Shown: positions 45,100 through 58,914, counted from the first letter of the whole stretch. The stretch: DNA of 63,127 nucleotides, filler included, from Octopus bimaculoides (GCF_001194135.2; 6 parts of 5 records of this genome joined end to end with filler, not necessarily neighbours in it); one strand, 5' to 3'. Made by a program: numbers and translations. The notes: generated from the sequence alone by a model not told the origin.

Positions 45100-46410
45100 A
45101 TCATCATCATCATTGTTTAACATCCATTTTCCATGCTAGCATGGGTTGGATGGTTTGATTGAAGACTGGCAAGCCAGTAGGCTGCACCAGGCTCAATTTG
45201 ATCTGGTAAAGTTTCTACAGCTGGATGCCCTTCCTAACACCAACCACTCCGAGAGTGTCGTGGATGCTTTTTACATGCCACTGGCATGGGATTCAGTCAG
45301 GCAGCACTGACAGCAGCCACATTTGAGTGGAGCTTTTTACATTCCACCAGCATTGGGAGCACTGGCATTGACCCATGCTCAAATGGTGCTTATTATGTGC
45401 CACCAGCACAGGTGCCAATCAGGTGGTACAAGCATTGGCCATGGCTACAATTTCACTTGACCCAATAGGTCTTCTCAAGCACAGCATATTGCCTGATGAT
45501 TTTAGGGTACTTTTAAATAGGCTGGTTATGTGACACTGGCATTAGTCACGGCTGCGATCTCACTTTACTTGCCGAGTCTTCTCAATCACAGCAGATCTCC
45601 AAAGGTCTTGGTCTCTTATCATTGCCTCTGTGAGGCCCAACATTCAAAGGTTGTACTTCACCCCCTCATCCCATGTCTTTCTGGGTCTCCCTCTTCCACA
45701 GATTCCTTCCATTGTTAGGGTGTGATACTTCTTCACACAGCTCTCCTCATCCATACACAGCACATGACCATACCAGCACGTCTCTCCTGCACACCACATC
45801 TGCTTCATTTCTTTCAAGCCTAGGCATGGCCCATATTTCGTTGCCATGGTAGCACACATGTATCATACAGTTGACCTTTCACTCTGAGTGAGAGACCCTT
45901 TGTTACCAGCAGAGGTAGGAGCTTTCTGAACTTTGCCCAGGCTATTCTTATTCTAGCGGCTTTGCTCTCAGAGCATCCACCCCCACTACAGACTTGATCT
46001 CCTAGGTAGCAGAAGCTATCAACTACTTCTAGTATCTGCCCCTGGCATGTGATAGAATCTGTTTTCTGTTCATCTTCGGTGTTTATTGCCCCTGTGCATC
46101 TGCCACACACAAAAAACTATCTTCCCAGTTAACTTTCCTTTGATATTGCTGCACCTCTTATGTGTCCATAGCTTACACTGGGTACATCTTATGGGGTTTC
46201 TACCTATACCTTTTTCTACAGATTGAGCAGGGCCACCTACCTGAAGGGATTTGTGATTTGTCTGCCTTCCTATTTACTAAGACTTTGGTTTTTGCTAGAT
46301 TGACTCTAAGGCCCTTCGATTCTAGACCCTGTTTCCACACCTGAAACTTCATCTCTAGTTCTGGTAGTGACTCAGCTATTAGAGCAAGGTCATCAGCATA
46401 GAGGAGCTAT
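45100..46410 (-). mobile_element. 5'-truncated RTE-clade LINE (RT C-half plus 3' UTR with short ATG/TGA-repeat tail)
   Basis: LLYADDLALIAES (about 46370-46405), GLRVNLAKTKV, VDSFCYLGD, RIRIAWAKFRKLLPLL, WYGHV, GRGRPRKTW; 3' UTR ends ...ttaaacaatgatgatgatg. Confidence 0.9.
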
Positions 46411-48130
46411 GGAAGGTTTGTGCAGAGATTACAAACACCTGCACCACCTTTCTCATCTATTATCACTTGATAATCATACCTTGCTCTAGTTCTGACCAGA
46501 CTGGAGCACATGCTCTTTCACTTTCTTCTACTCATCAGGTTGCCGTCAGCATCCACAAAGTGATGGCTGATGATGCAGAGACACGTTTTAAGGCCATGAT
46601 TTCTTCAGTAAATTTTTAGACAGTGAACAGGTGTGATTATTATGTCAGATGAGTCATTTAAATCAGAAAGTGTAAAAGACCTTACATCTGAAATAAGGGG
46701 ACAACTTAGGTTTTTGAAGGGATTTGCAATGTTTTGATGTCAAAAATGCAGTTGCATCTTGGAACAATTCATACTTTAGATCTTGTATATTTCTGGTTGT
46801 GTATCGGCACCAGTAGTTTGTCGGTGACTGATGTGACTGGAATTTCTGTTTACCTTTGTCTGTGCATGCTTTTGGTGTTGTTGTTGTTTTGTGCTTCATA
46901 AAGCCAGTTTTTCCCCTTTCAGAGAGAGTAGTGGAGTTGAAGATTTATCTCTGTCTGCTGTTCTTCTTGTTGTTGTTTTGCTTGTGTTTGTGATGAGACT
47001 TTATGTGATTGAAGTTTTATTTGTTTTTGTTTACATCCAGCTTATTACCACTGTTGTTGCTGTTGTAGTGGTGGTGGTGGTGCTGGTGACCCTTTTCTCT
47101 CTTCCTTCTACTTCTATGACCTTTTTCACACCAAATACAGTAGAACAAAAAAAATAAGACACAAAGCTTCCTTTCTTGTTGTTTTCTGTAGGAATGTTGG
47201 TATTTAAAACAGGGTAGGTTGGTTTTTAAACTGGACGAACAGGCAAAATATTCAGAACAGTTTGGTGACAAAAATGACAAAATTGAGAAAAGAAAGAGTT
47301 AAAACTGAAAAACCTTTTGGCCAGTTTCTTGTCCTTCATTAAAACTTGAAGTAATTAAACCACATTCTATTAAATATTTTTTTTGTTCCTGATTTCAGCC
47401 ACTGGACTGTGGCCCTTCTGGAGCACTGACTTGGATTTCAGTCAATCATTCTGAAACCAGAAATTATATCAGCTTGGTATTTATTTTATCGATTTTGATT
47501 TATTGAACCCCTAAGTTACAGTTTTGATATGAAGAGGTGTAACTTGACCTTAGTTCAGACCACTTTCATGAGCACACACACACACACACACACATGACGA
47601 GCTTGCACAGTTTCTGCCAATCAAATCCCACTCACAAGGTATTGGTCAACCCTAAGTGGTGAAAGAAAGATAAGGAAGACTTGATATCATTTGTGTTGTT
47701 GCTTCAGAGGTGTCATACTCCTCTGCTGCCCCAACTGTTGACAACCCTCTTTGATGTGTTGATTGTCATTGGATGTCTGTTGTTGTTGCTGTTGTTGTAT
47801 CACCAGCAACACTGATGGTTCATGTTTTTTTTTGTTTTTTTTGTGAACAGAAGGTTCTCAGGTGATTGTATTACCACATGTGTGGTACCTAGGATTTCTG
47901 CATTCTACCATGATATGCAGTTAGGTGTTGTTTGAAAGGTTTCTCTGACTGGGAATATTGTCCAGATTTTTTTGACTGTATATGACTTCGACTTCTATAA
48001 AAAATTCTGAGCCAATTTTCCTGATGGTACCTTTTCACATGCAAGGTTGTGTCCTCTTCCTTAAGAATAACACATGTCATACACCACAATTATTCTTCAA
48101 TTCTGTTGGCACGTTCATCACTTTTGTAAT

Positions 48131-48852
48131 CACCAGTATGCTCCGTTGGATGTGTAATGTCAATGTGAATACCCGTCAGAGTGTAAGTATCTTGAGAGAA
48201 AAGCTGAACATTAGAAGCATCAGTTGTGGTGTGCAAGAGAGACGATTGCGCTGGTATGGACATGTGGTGAGAATGGATGAGGATAGCTGCGTGAAAAAGT
48301 GCCACACCCTAACAGTTGAGGGAACCCGTGGAAGAGGTAGGCCCAGGAAGACCTGGGCTGAGGTGGTGAGGCAAGACCTTCGTACATTGGGCCTCACCGA
48401 GGCGATGACTACTGACCGAGACCTTTGGAAANNNNNNNNNNNNNNNNNNNNNNNNNNNNNNNNNNNNNNNNNNNNNNNNNNNNNNNNNNNNNNNNNNNNN
48501 NNNNNNNNNNNNNNNNNNNNNNNNNNNNNNNNNNNNNNNNNNNNNNNNNNNNNNNNNNNNNNNNNNNNNNNNNNNNNNNNNNNNNNNNNNNNNNNNNNNN
48601 NNNNNNNNNNNNNNNNNNNNNNNNNNNNNNNNNNNNNNNNNNNNNNNNNNNNNNNNNNNNNNNNNNNNNTGCGGGTGACACGTAAAAGCACCCACTACAC
48701 TCTCTGAGTGGTTGGCGTTAGGAAGGGCATCCAGCTGTAGAAACTCTGCCAAATTAGATTGGAGCCTGGTGTTGCCATCCGGTTTCACCAGTCCTCAGTC
48801 AAATCGTCCAACCCATGCTAGCATGGAAAGCGGACGTTAAACGATGATGATG
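48131..48852 (+). mobile_element. 5'-truncated RTE-clade LINE copy spanning a gap
   Basis: MLRWMCNV...RRLRWYGHVVRMDEDSCVKKC...GRGRPRKTW; after the gap, 3' UTR gtggttggcgttaggaagggcatccagc...gttaaacgatgatgatg. Confidence 0.88.
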
Positions 48853-50100
48853 CATGTTGGAATGAGGGTGAGAGTCTCCCTCATGCATCAAACAGTGGAA
48901 TGCCCCTATGTTGGGGCTTTTAAAAGGAATCCTATCCAGACAGTCCCATATCACTTGTTGCAAGTTTGTGACATGCTATAGGCCCAATTAGGCACTACTC
49001 TGCATCATCTCATGTGGCCCTTTCAATCAGTGGACCCTTATCCATCATGCATTATTCCCTTGATTGTTTCATCCAAGAGCTAATATGATCCACTTGCTGT
49101 TTCCCTTGATGAGCCTTTTCATGTCTCTTAGATTTTTCAAAAAAACCCTATTCAACTATTCTTACAGTTCTTACATAAGAGACTTGTCCCCTTTTCTGTT
49201 GCCTGGCAACGATGTGAATTTTGATATTTAATTTAAATATGAAATATTAGAGAATGAAAAAAAAAATCCTCATGTCATTGAAATTTTGAATAAAATAATA
49301 GAAAGCTGTGATATTTTTTTTGAATGAACAAATTTATGGCAAATAAATCCTTTATTGACAAAAACCAATTTTTTGATGAGAGTCAAATTATGATTATGGT
49401 TTGATTAATTACAATTGATGAGGATTAAATGTCTTTTGGAGACTCATTTGAAATCTTGCTCCCACTTCCCTGCAACCTGATGAGAATAATAACAATAATA
49501 ATAATTGGTGGTGGGCAGTGATAACAATGAGGGTGGGGTATATCCTTCAACTTTTGGAAGAGTGCACGTGAAGTGGGAGGTGATAGAGGTGAAGTAGGAG
49601 GTGAAAGGAGTGAAGTGGGGTGGTGGTGATAGTGGTGAAGTGAGAAATGATAGAGGTGAAGTAGGAGGTGAAAGGGGTGAAATGGGGGGGAGGTGATAGA
49701 GGTGAAGTGAGAGGTGATGGAAGTACTGATATTAGTTCTAATGGTTTAAACATGGTTTTGACCATTGAAGTAACATGACATCATTGCCAAATCATAAAAG
49801 TATTGTCCCATTTTTAATAACCCCCATCCATTCAAATATCTCGATCTTGTTCTTGTCGTTGTAGTACTTGTTGCTGTTGTTGGTGGTGGTGGTGGTTGTC
49901 ATGATAATGGGAATGGTAGTTTTGATGGAGGTAATGGTAGTTGGGCTGCCGCTGCTGGGCCAATGTCAGCTGTTGCTGCTTCTATTTTTCTGATGACATA
50001 TTCAACTGACAACACTTCTCAGTATCTCAAGTGGCTCCATCTACTTCAATTTTTACCTATTGCACCACTTGAATACCTGACTGGTCCTGTGTTGACTGAG

Positions 50101-50140
<40 letters not shown>

Positions 50141-50574
50141 ATCTCTCTCACTTTCTATATATATATGGGAAAAAAAGTTAAGGTAGAAAATGAGAAAATG
50201 CTAAAATAATTTTATAAAAAACACTTCAGTACCGGTTTCAGTCATTGAGACTTTTTCAACTCTAAGTATGGAAAACAATTAAATTTTGGAAAAATTAAAA
50301 GAAAAGTTTTTTTAGGTCACTTGTATATATATTCATATCTTTGTATTGGAAATATAATATCTTTGTATTGGAAATATAATATAACAAAGCAGGGAAGAAG
50401 AAAGTATTTACACAACATTCTATGTCAATGATTCATGGTGAACTGATACCAACATTGACTGCCAATCGTCGTTTGCAGATCTTTTGTTTCATAACAATGA
50501 GTCAGTCCACCTTTTAGTCACTTGGTTGTGTGCGGTCAGAATCCTTCCACAACATATATGTATATATATATTTA

Positions 50575-51082
50575 TACAGGAGTTGGACAAAATGATGGAA
50601 ACACCTTAAAATTTAAAACAAATTTCTTTTAATATGGGGTAGGACCGCCTTTGGCAGTAATTACAGCTTGAATTCTACAAGATATGGACTCCTACGAAGT
50701 TTGAATTGCTTCCAAAGGAATTCTTGTCCATTTTCTTTTAGCTAAAACAGTCTTCAGTTCTTATAGTGATGATGGTAGAGGATATGAACTCCTTACTTGT
50801 TTTTCTAAAATGCATCATAAATGTTAAATAATATTGAGATCTGGGGACTGTGGTGGCCAGATAAGATGTTCAACTTCACTAGAATGTTCCTCATGCCATT
50901 CAGTAACAACCTTAGCTGTGTGAATTGGTGCATTATCATCCTGGAAGATTGCATTTCTCTCTGGAAACAGTTCTGCAACCATAGGATGAATTTGATCAGA
51001 TGAAATGCTTAAATAGACTTGACTATTAATTCTGCCATGAAGAGAAACCATTGGGCTGGCAAATTTCCATGATATAGCCCCC
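50575..51082 (-). mobile_element. Tc1-family transposon 3' fragment (DDE domain) with TIR
   Basis: TA-CAGGAGTTGGACAAAATGATGGAAACACC TIR; minus frame IFQDDNAPIHTAKVV.EW...HLIWPPQSPDLNII. Confidence 0.88.
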
Positions 51083-51436
51083 TAGATCATCAGGAAAGAA
51101 AGGTGAAAAACAATAACTACAACAACAACGACAGCAATCCTTTCTACTGAAGGCACAAGGCCTGACATTTTGGGGAAGGGGACCAGTCAATTATATTGGA
51201 CCCAGTACACAACTGGTACTTAATCTATTGACCCTGAAAGGATGACAGGCAAAATCAACCCCAGTGGAATTTGAACTCAGAATGTAAAGACGGACGAAAT
51301 GCTGCGAAGCATTTCTCCCAGCATGCTAACATTATTGTAACAGTTTCAGATCAGGATGCTCGCATAAGTTGCATGCATTTTCTCCCTTTTGATGGAATTT
51401 TCCAATTTCGTTTTTCTGCCAACTTGCTGCCTTATC

Positions 51437-51773
51437 ATCATCATCATCATCATCGTTTAACGTCTGCTTTCCATGCTAGCATGGGTTGGACGATTTGACT
51501 GAGGACTGGTGCAACCGGATGGCTACACCAGGCTCCAATCTGATTTGGTAGAGTTTCTACAGCTGGATGCCCTTCCTAACGCCAACCACTCAGAGAGTGT
51601 AGTGGGTGCTTTTACGTGTCACCCGCACGAAAACGGCCACACTCGAAATGGTGTCTTTTATGTGCCACCCGCACAAGAGCCAGTCCAGGGGCACTGGCAA
51701 CGATCTCGCTCGAAAATCCTACGGGAGCCAGTCAGGCGGTACTGGCAACGGCCACGCTCAAAATGGTGCATCT
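51437..51773 (-). mobile_element. RTE LINE 3' UTR copy
   Basis: Reverse complement of 48670-48852 with (CAT)n tail. Confidence 0.85.
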
Positions 51774-51873
51774 NNNNNNNNNNNNNNNNNNNNNNNNNNN
51801 NNNNNNNNNNNNNNNNNTTAATTAATTAANNNNNNNNNNNNNNNNNNNNNNNNNNNNNNNNNNNNNNNNNNNN

Positions 51874-51924
<51 letters not shown>

Positions 51925-52029
51925 GTGTGTATTAAGAAAATATATATAGGGTAGAAAAATTAGAGAAACTTTTTCTACCACTGGTTAGAATGCATGAAAG
52001 AATCAATAGACAACATATTTTTCATATAA

Positions 52030-52527
52030 AATTAGTGTACATTTATACACCAAAGACTTGAGCCTAACAGGCCACCTTACATGCTAAAAAGAGCAGTCAA
52101 AGCTCAAACCACGGTTAAGAGTAATTTCAAAGGGGATGAAAAATAAAATCATTTTTTTCAATAGTTACCACATGTACCCTACGTTTCGAAAATCAATTAA
52201 CAAATAAAATAATTTGCCTTCCGTGTTCTCATCAGCACGGGCGCAACAAATATATATCTGTGGAACATAGAAGACAACAAATGTTCCATCTATATTTATA
52301 TTATAATTTTTCAAATCCACCGCGCAAGCGCAGTTATAGTCGGCAGCAAATAAAACTATATATGCCAGCATTCTTCATAATTACGAGATAACTATAAAAA
52401 ATGCTTTTTTATTTTTCATCCCCTTCGAAAATTACTCTTAACCGTGGTTTGGGTTTTCGGCTGCTCTTTTCAGCATGTAATGTGGCCTGTTAGGCTCACC
52501 TCTTTTGCGTGTAAATGTACACTAATT
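52030..52527. mobile_element. MITE with ~140-bp terminal inverted repeats
   Basis: Left arm aattagtgtacatttatacacc...ggttaagagtaatttcaaaggggatgaaaaataaaa...atagtta (about 52030-52168) is complementary to the right arm (about 52388-52527). Confidence 0.85.
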
Positions 52528-53135
52528 ATATATATATATATATANNNNNNNNNNNNNNNNNNNNNNNNNNNNNNNNNNNNNNNNNNNNNNNNNNNNNNNN
52601 NNNNNNNNNNNNNNNNNNNNNNNNNNNNNNNNNNNNNNNNNNNNNNNNNNNNNNNNNNNNNNNNNNNNNNNNNNNNNNNNNNNNNNNNNNNNNNNNNNNN
52701 NNNNNNNNNNNNNNNNNNNNNNNNNNNNNNNNNNNNNNNNNNNNNNNNNNNNNNNNNNNNNNNNNNNNNNNNNNNNNNNNNNNNNNNNNNNNNNNNNNNN
52801 NNNNNNNNNNNNNNNNNNNNNNNNNNNNNNNNNNNNNNNNNNNNNNNNNNNNNNNNNNNNNNNNNNNNNNNNNNNNNNNNNNNNNNNNNNNNNNNNNNNN
52901 NNNNNNNNNNNNNNNNNNNNNNNNNNNNNNNNNNNNNNNNNNNNNNNNNNNNNNNNNNNNNNNNNNNNNNNNNNNNNNNNNNNNNNNNNNNNNNNNNNNN
53001 NNNNNNNNNNNNNNNNNNNNNNNNNNNNNNNNNNNNNNNNNNNNNNNNNNNNNNNNNNNNNNNNNNNNNNNNNNNNNNNNNNNNNNNNNNNNNNNNNNNN
53101 NNNNNNNNNNNNNNNNNNNNNNNNNNNNNNNNNNN

Positions 53136-53700
53136 TTGCTTCATCTTTGCAGATGATTGCCGTCTCCCCACGTAGTCCCATCAAACATCATCAGCTCCAA
53201 ACGTCCTTCCTTGACCCCTTAGGTCGCTCTTAAGTCCAGCATTAGATTTGCACGCTCTGCACAAAACCTGACAGACAAAAGATGTGCCATTTATTGGATT
53301 TATTGGGTCACCTTGTGGGATGTCATTCTTATGTACCCTCATATGCCTTTTAAGACCAGATATTGATTTGCAGATATTTTTGCACACAACACGTCTCACC
53401 TAGCGCTGGAGAGATAGTGCTTCATATAGTTGGCTTTTATGTCATTTTTAATAAGTAATGTACCCAGATATACAGAGCAGTAAACGACCACACACCTCAC
53501 AAATCCAGCTCACTATGTTCATACTGTAGCCTTTTCGAAACTGGCGTTTAAGATTTTCATGATCAAGACGTCTCTCTTCAAGCATTCTGCAGCCTTCCTT
53601 CACATGTTCTCTCCATTTACGCCTCCATTTACGCCATCCTTACATCTTTTTCTTGGTTTGTCCAGAAGGTGTCTCCCAGTGTGCAATTGACTGTAAATTG
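53136..53700 (-). mobile_element. Second RTE-type LINE family, 3' end with C-terminal C2H2-like zinc knuckles
   Basis: DKPRKRCKDG...WREHVKEG; VCKNICKSISGLKRHMRVH; VCQVLCRACKSNAGLKS. Confidence 0.65.
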
Positions 53701-53711
53701 CACACATATAA

Positions 53712-54422
53712 TCTCTGAGAGATCAACGCAGTAGCTGCACTGACAAGTAATACTCTTAACCACTTTAGCTTAGCTTTCCGTTCGAACAGACTCTACAGCG
53801 ATTTTCTTAACCTCAAGAGGACATCTGTTCTGGCTGGTTAACGATGCACAGCTGCATCCGATAAAGTTGCGAGCAGGGGAGCGAGCCCCTACCATCTCCT
53901 AGTGACGGAACCAGTAAGATAGTCCTTGTTTCGGGCTATTTCTGCCACTCCTCAGTACTGCACACCTCGTCAGACAGAGATGATAGCAGCTCACTTCTGC
54001 ACGCAATATGTATATTTCAAGCGAACACACAGTGAAATATTAGAACTAGCATTTTTGCTTGTTGCAAAATCAGCGACTGTGTGTTCCCTTGAAATATATA
54101 TGTATTGCGTGCAAAAGCGAGGTGCTGTCATCTCTAGCAGACGAAGTGTGTAGTACTGAGGAGTGGCAGAAATAGCCCGAAACCAGGGCTGATCTACTGG
54201 TTCCGTTGCCAGGAGATGATAGGGGTTCGCTACCTTGCTCGCAATTTTATTGGACTCAGCTGAGCATCGTTGACCAGCTAGAGGTGTCCTCTAGGGGTTA
54301 AAACATCACAGTAGAGTCCGCTCGAACAACGGACAGCCATGTTAAAGTGGGTACGAATATTACTTGTCAATACAATTACTGCGTTGATCTCTAAGAGAAA
54401 TTTTAGAACTAGCATTTTTGCT
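53712..54422. repeat. Diverged inverted repeat (~320-bp arms) with a 20-bp direct repeat at the centre and right edge
   Basis: 53712-54034 is complementary to about 54076-54399; ttagaactagcatttttgct occurs at 54040-54059 and 54403-54422. Confidence 0.9.
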
Positions 54423-55094
54423 AATATATATATATATATGTACACAACTGTACAAATATGAGTAAATAAACATAGATAACATGTATACATATACATGTGT
54501 GGGTGTGGGTNNNNNNNNNNNNNNNNNNNNNNNNNNNNNNNNNNNNNNNNNNNNNNNNNNNNNNNNNNNNNNNNNNNNNNNNNNNNNNNNNNNNNNNNNN
54601 NNNNNNNNNNNNNNNNNNNNNNNNNNNNNNNNNNNNNNNNNNNNNNNNNNNNNNNNNNNNNNNNNNNNNNNNNNNNNNNNNNNNNNNNNNNNNNNNNNNN
54701 NNNNNNNNNNNNNNNNNNNNNNNNNNNNNNNNNNNNNNNNNNNNNNNNNNNNNNNNNNNNNNNNNNNNNNNNNNNNNNNNNNNNNNNNNNNNNNNNNNNN
54801 NNNNNNNNNNNNNNNNNNNNNNNNNNNNNNNNNNNNNNNNNNNNNNNNNNNNNNNNNNNNNNNNNNNNNNNNNNNNNNNNNNNNNNNNNNNNNNNNNNNN
54901 NNNNNNNNNNNNNNNNNNNNNNNNNNNNNNNNNNNNNNNNNNNNNNNNNNNNNNNNNNNNNNNNNNNNNNNNNNNNNNNNNNNNNNNNNNNNNNNNNNNN
55001 NNNNNNNNNNNNNNNNNNNNNNNNNNNNNNNNNNNNNNNNNNNNNNNNNNNNNNNNNNNNNNNNNNNNNNNNNNNNNNNNNNNNNNNNNNNNNN

Positions 55095-55150
<56 letters not shown>

Positions 55151-55347
55151 AGTGTTTGTGTGTGTGCGCGCGTATGTATAAAAATAAATTTAAGTAATGT
55201 TGCCAAAGAATGATAGACATAACTAGAGTTTATGGTTACTGGAATATGAAGATAGAAATATTTTAACATTTTGAAATAAACAAACTTCTAATGCAATAGA
55301 AACCAATCGTTTAATGGACCTGACAAATATGTATGTATGTATGTGTG

Positions 55348-55386
<39 letters not shown>

Positions 55387-56407
55387 ATGTATATATATAT
55401 ATATATGCAGGTATGTATATATATATAGATATAGATATAGCTATATATGTCTGTATGTATCGCGAACATACATACGAATGAACCATCCCATATTTGCATC
55501 TCTTTGGATATGCATGTATTTTAGATAAGCTTTTTGGTGAAGTTAGAATATATATAGTATGTAAATATGATAACACCCTCGGCGATAAACAAAGACATAA
55601 ATATTTTCTGCTTCAAATCTTGCGAAAATTCATACGAATATCCACTATTTATTGTATAATAATCACTATTACAAAATCCCATTTTTGCCCTATTTTTGCA
55701 AAATGTTCGGTTTTGGAATCAGATTTTACATACTCTTTACATTATAATAGTGAACAGTATTAAATTTCGAAAGCAGCATTTTGATATGTTGTATCACACA
55801 GAGAAGTGGTTTCCTATAACTGTAGAACTGAAAATACACCCCTTGGCAATTATCAGAAATATCTCACGTTAAAGTTTGTCATTAGTCATACGATGTCTTA
55901 AAATTTAGCTATACACATTTATGTGTGTGTGTATTTGTGGGTTTGTGTGTGTGTGTGTGTGTGTGTGTAGACATGTGAGTTACTGTATCGCACACCTGAT
56001 TTTAAGATTGCGGTTTCGATTCCTGAATCAGGCGATGTGCTGTGTTCTTGAGCAAAACACTTCTTTTCTTTTTGCCTGCAAAATAAATAACCATTCGACA
56101 GATCGGTTTCACATCCACATGGGAATATATACAGAACCCGCGAAAACCGCCTTAGCTCGGAAAGGGCCTTTGATCATGTTGATAAATATATATATGTATG
56201 TGTGTGAGTGTATGTGTATGAGCGCATACATGTATGTATATGTATAGNNNNNNNNNNNNNNNNNNNNNNNNNNNNNNNNNNNNNNNNNNNNTTAATTAAT
56301 TAANNNNNNNNNNNNNNNNNNNNNNNNNNNNNNNNNNNNNNNNNNNNATATATATATATATATCCATATGTCTATATATATATGTAAGGAGAAACAAATA
56401 GACTGAC

Positions 56408-56490
<83 letters not shown>

Positions 56491-56979
56491 CGAATTATAT
56501 GATGTACAGTCAGCTGTCAGTAGCAAACGAGTGAGACTTGATAACACCGGGCTTTCGCTAATTGCTTCACATGTTTAAGTAATCGCGAATAGACACCAGG
56601 CTTCCTTTCCCTTGACCTAGCAGAACATTCACGATGTGGCAGCTCGATGGAGGAAGGGCTATACGACAACCATTCAATTGGCATTCATTACAGTTGAGCT
56701 CACTGGAGCATTTTGAAATGAGTCGCTTTGTTCAAAGATACAACGCACTGTCCATGTACGAAACTTGAGGTGCCTGAGTCACTTATACAGTTTTACAGTT
56801 AATAGAGATATGTGTTTGTGTATGTGTGTGTGTGTTGGTGTGCACATATAGATAGACAGACAGACAGGCGGACGGACATACATGCATACATACATACATG
56901 ATTTCAAATTATGCCCTTAATTGTTCTAATTAGAAGAATGGATTGGGCTTCTGAGTCCTGCCAGGGACTCACATTTTAT

Positions 56980-58860
56980 TGCACTGATGTAACAACGTGT
57001 GAATCTTGCAGTACCACTTTGGTGAAACTTCAGATAACTGTTCAGTTCACCTCCTGATGCACATTATTTTCTGCACACCCAGCATGCAGGGATGCCATAT
57101 AATGCACAGTTAACAAGTTTCCTATGTCTGTGGCTTCTCTGATGACTTCTCAGACTTGCCTTACTGAGACAGAAATGACCACACTCGTTACATGTTTCAT
57201 CGGGCTGTGCGCCAGTATACTCAGATAAATTCACATCAAGATCCTTATGAACATCTCTCTTGATATGATTTGGTTCAAACTCTCTCCTCTCACCATGAAC
57301 TGCTTTCTTCCGTGATGAATGATCTAGAGCAAGGAATTCCTATCCAATTTCCAACATTTTGACCTCCAGTATATTTTTAATGCCGTCCTTATACCTTAAT
57401 TTTTGTTTGTGTGCCGGTCTCTTACACGGGGCTAACTCACCACACAGAAATTGTTTGAGCACCTGATTGCATTCCATTCTCATCACATGACCACTCCATC
57501 ATAATCAGTGCTAAAGTACGAGAGATTCTACACTGGTAGACTGAGAGCGTTCGAGGACTTCAATGTCATTTACATACATTTGCCATCGGATATACTGTAC
57601 AGTGTACTTTATTCCCACAAAGTATTTTGTATGCCACAAAACACCTATGCTGTACTTTACACTTCATCTGCATGTACAAGGTTTCGTTCTTGGGTTTTTC
57701 TTGTTCTCTACCACAGATTCTTGTAAGCGCTACATCTTCGTCATGTAATAGTGTATGAACTTCATTTTCATGAAACCATTTTCAATATTTTTTTTCCTCT
57801 AAACACATAGACGCCTCCCGTGAGTCATTGAATTATTGGTTGACCATTCTCTTCACTAACTTTTCCTTAATAGCGTCATCTTTCAAACGAGTTACAATTA
57901 ATTTCTTTTAAATAGTCACACCATTGGTTCTTACCTTCGGTTTTATAACAAAGTTCACTTTTACGCGAACAAGACAAAAGTCAGTCCAGCATTCAGTTCC
58001 CCGTCTATGCTGATTCAACACATCGTGAACATCACGCTTACAAGCAAAAACAAAATCAATTATATCCCACTTCTTCGAACCTGACTGTATCCATATGGTT
58101 TTGTATCTTTCTGCTAGAACATGGTGTCCATTGGGTATAAATCCAGTTCCTGACACATTTGGAGCAGTAACAAGCCATTACTATTGTACTTTCCAGCTCT
58201 CTGTTTTCCGACTACATTCCAGGTTTAGTAATCCTTGTCACATTTTGCACTGACGTCACCAAATATGACAACTTTATCAGCACAAAGAATCTTGCGCCTG
58301 CCGAGCCAGACTCTTTTATTATCCGTTCTGGAGTCCTTATTGCCATCATTTGCAAATTACAAATTATTATAATTTTTCATTGAGTGTTTTGCCTTTTTAC
58401 GCTACGGCCAGTTATGGTGTGCAACATATAATAGAGATGTTGATGGAGATATTTTAAAAAATCAGCGATTTCTGTGCTTGAATTTTCTTTTTTAATGAGA
58501 AATGGTTTGCTTAGGGCCAATCCTACTCTTTCAACAACATAGGCATTTGTTCAAAAAGAAAGACTAGTGTACATCATTGGATGCAAACGAAGCTACAGGT
58601 GTTACATTGGAGTTTGCCTTCTCCAAGAGAGCTGTGTCTCACTCAACAGCAGTTGGATGGTCATTTGGCTCTATTGAGCTCAATCGCCGTTTGAAAGGTC
58701 TTGTTTTTCGACTTTCAGAATGTCATTGATCATCCTCCTTACCAAGTAGGCTTGGCAGTGTCGCTAGTTGAGTCTCCGAAGGCCCGACCAGGCGTCACGT
58801 TGTACTGTCACCACGTTGTACATGTCATCAATAGTACTAAGAGTGGATTGACTCACCCAG
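56980..58860 (-). mobile_element. Heavily deleted RTE (BovB-like) LINE: 5' region, AP-endonuclease end and zinc-knuckle C-terminus
   Basis: WIQSGSKKWDIIDFVFACKRDVHDV...GTECWTDFCLVRVK resembles the APE C-terminal W.HP.SK.WH.IDY...RD..DV...GA.CWTDH.LV; also RPAHKQKLRYKDGIK. Confidence 0.7.
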
Positions 58861-58864
58861 ATAT

Positions 58865-58908
<44 letters not shown>

Positions 58909-58914
58909 AGAATT

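Noticed and set aside
53807-54301. piggyBac-type MITE reading (TTAA-CC...GG-TTAA)
   Set aside because: The inverted symmetry extends about 100 bp beyond both TTAA sites, so they are mirror positions within a larger inverted repeat, not a TSD.
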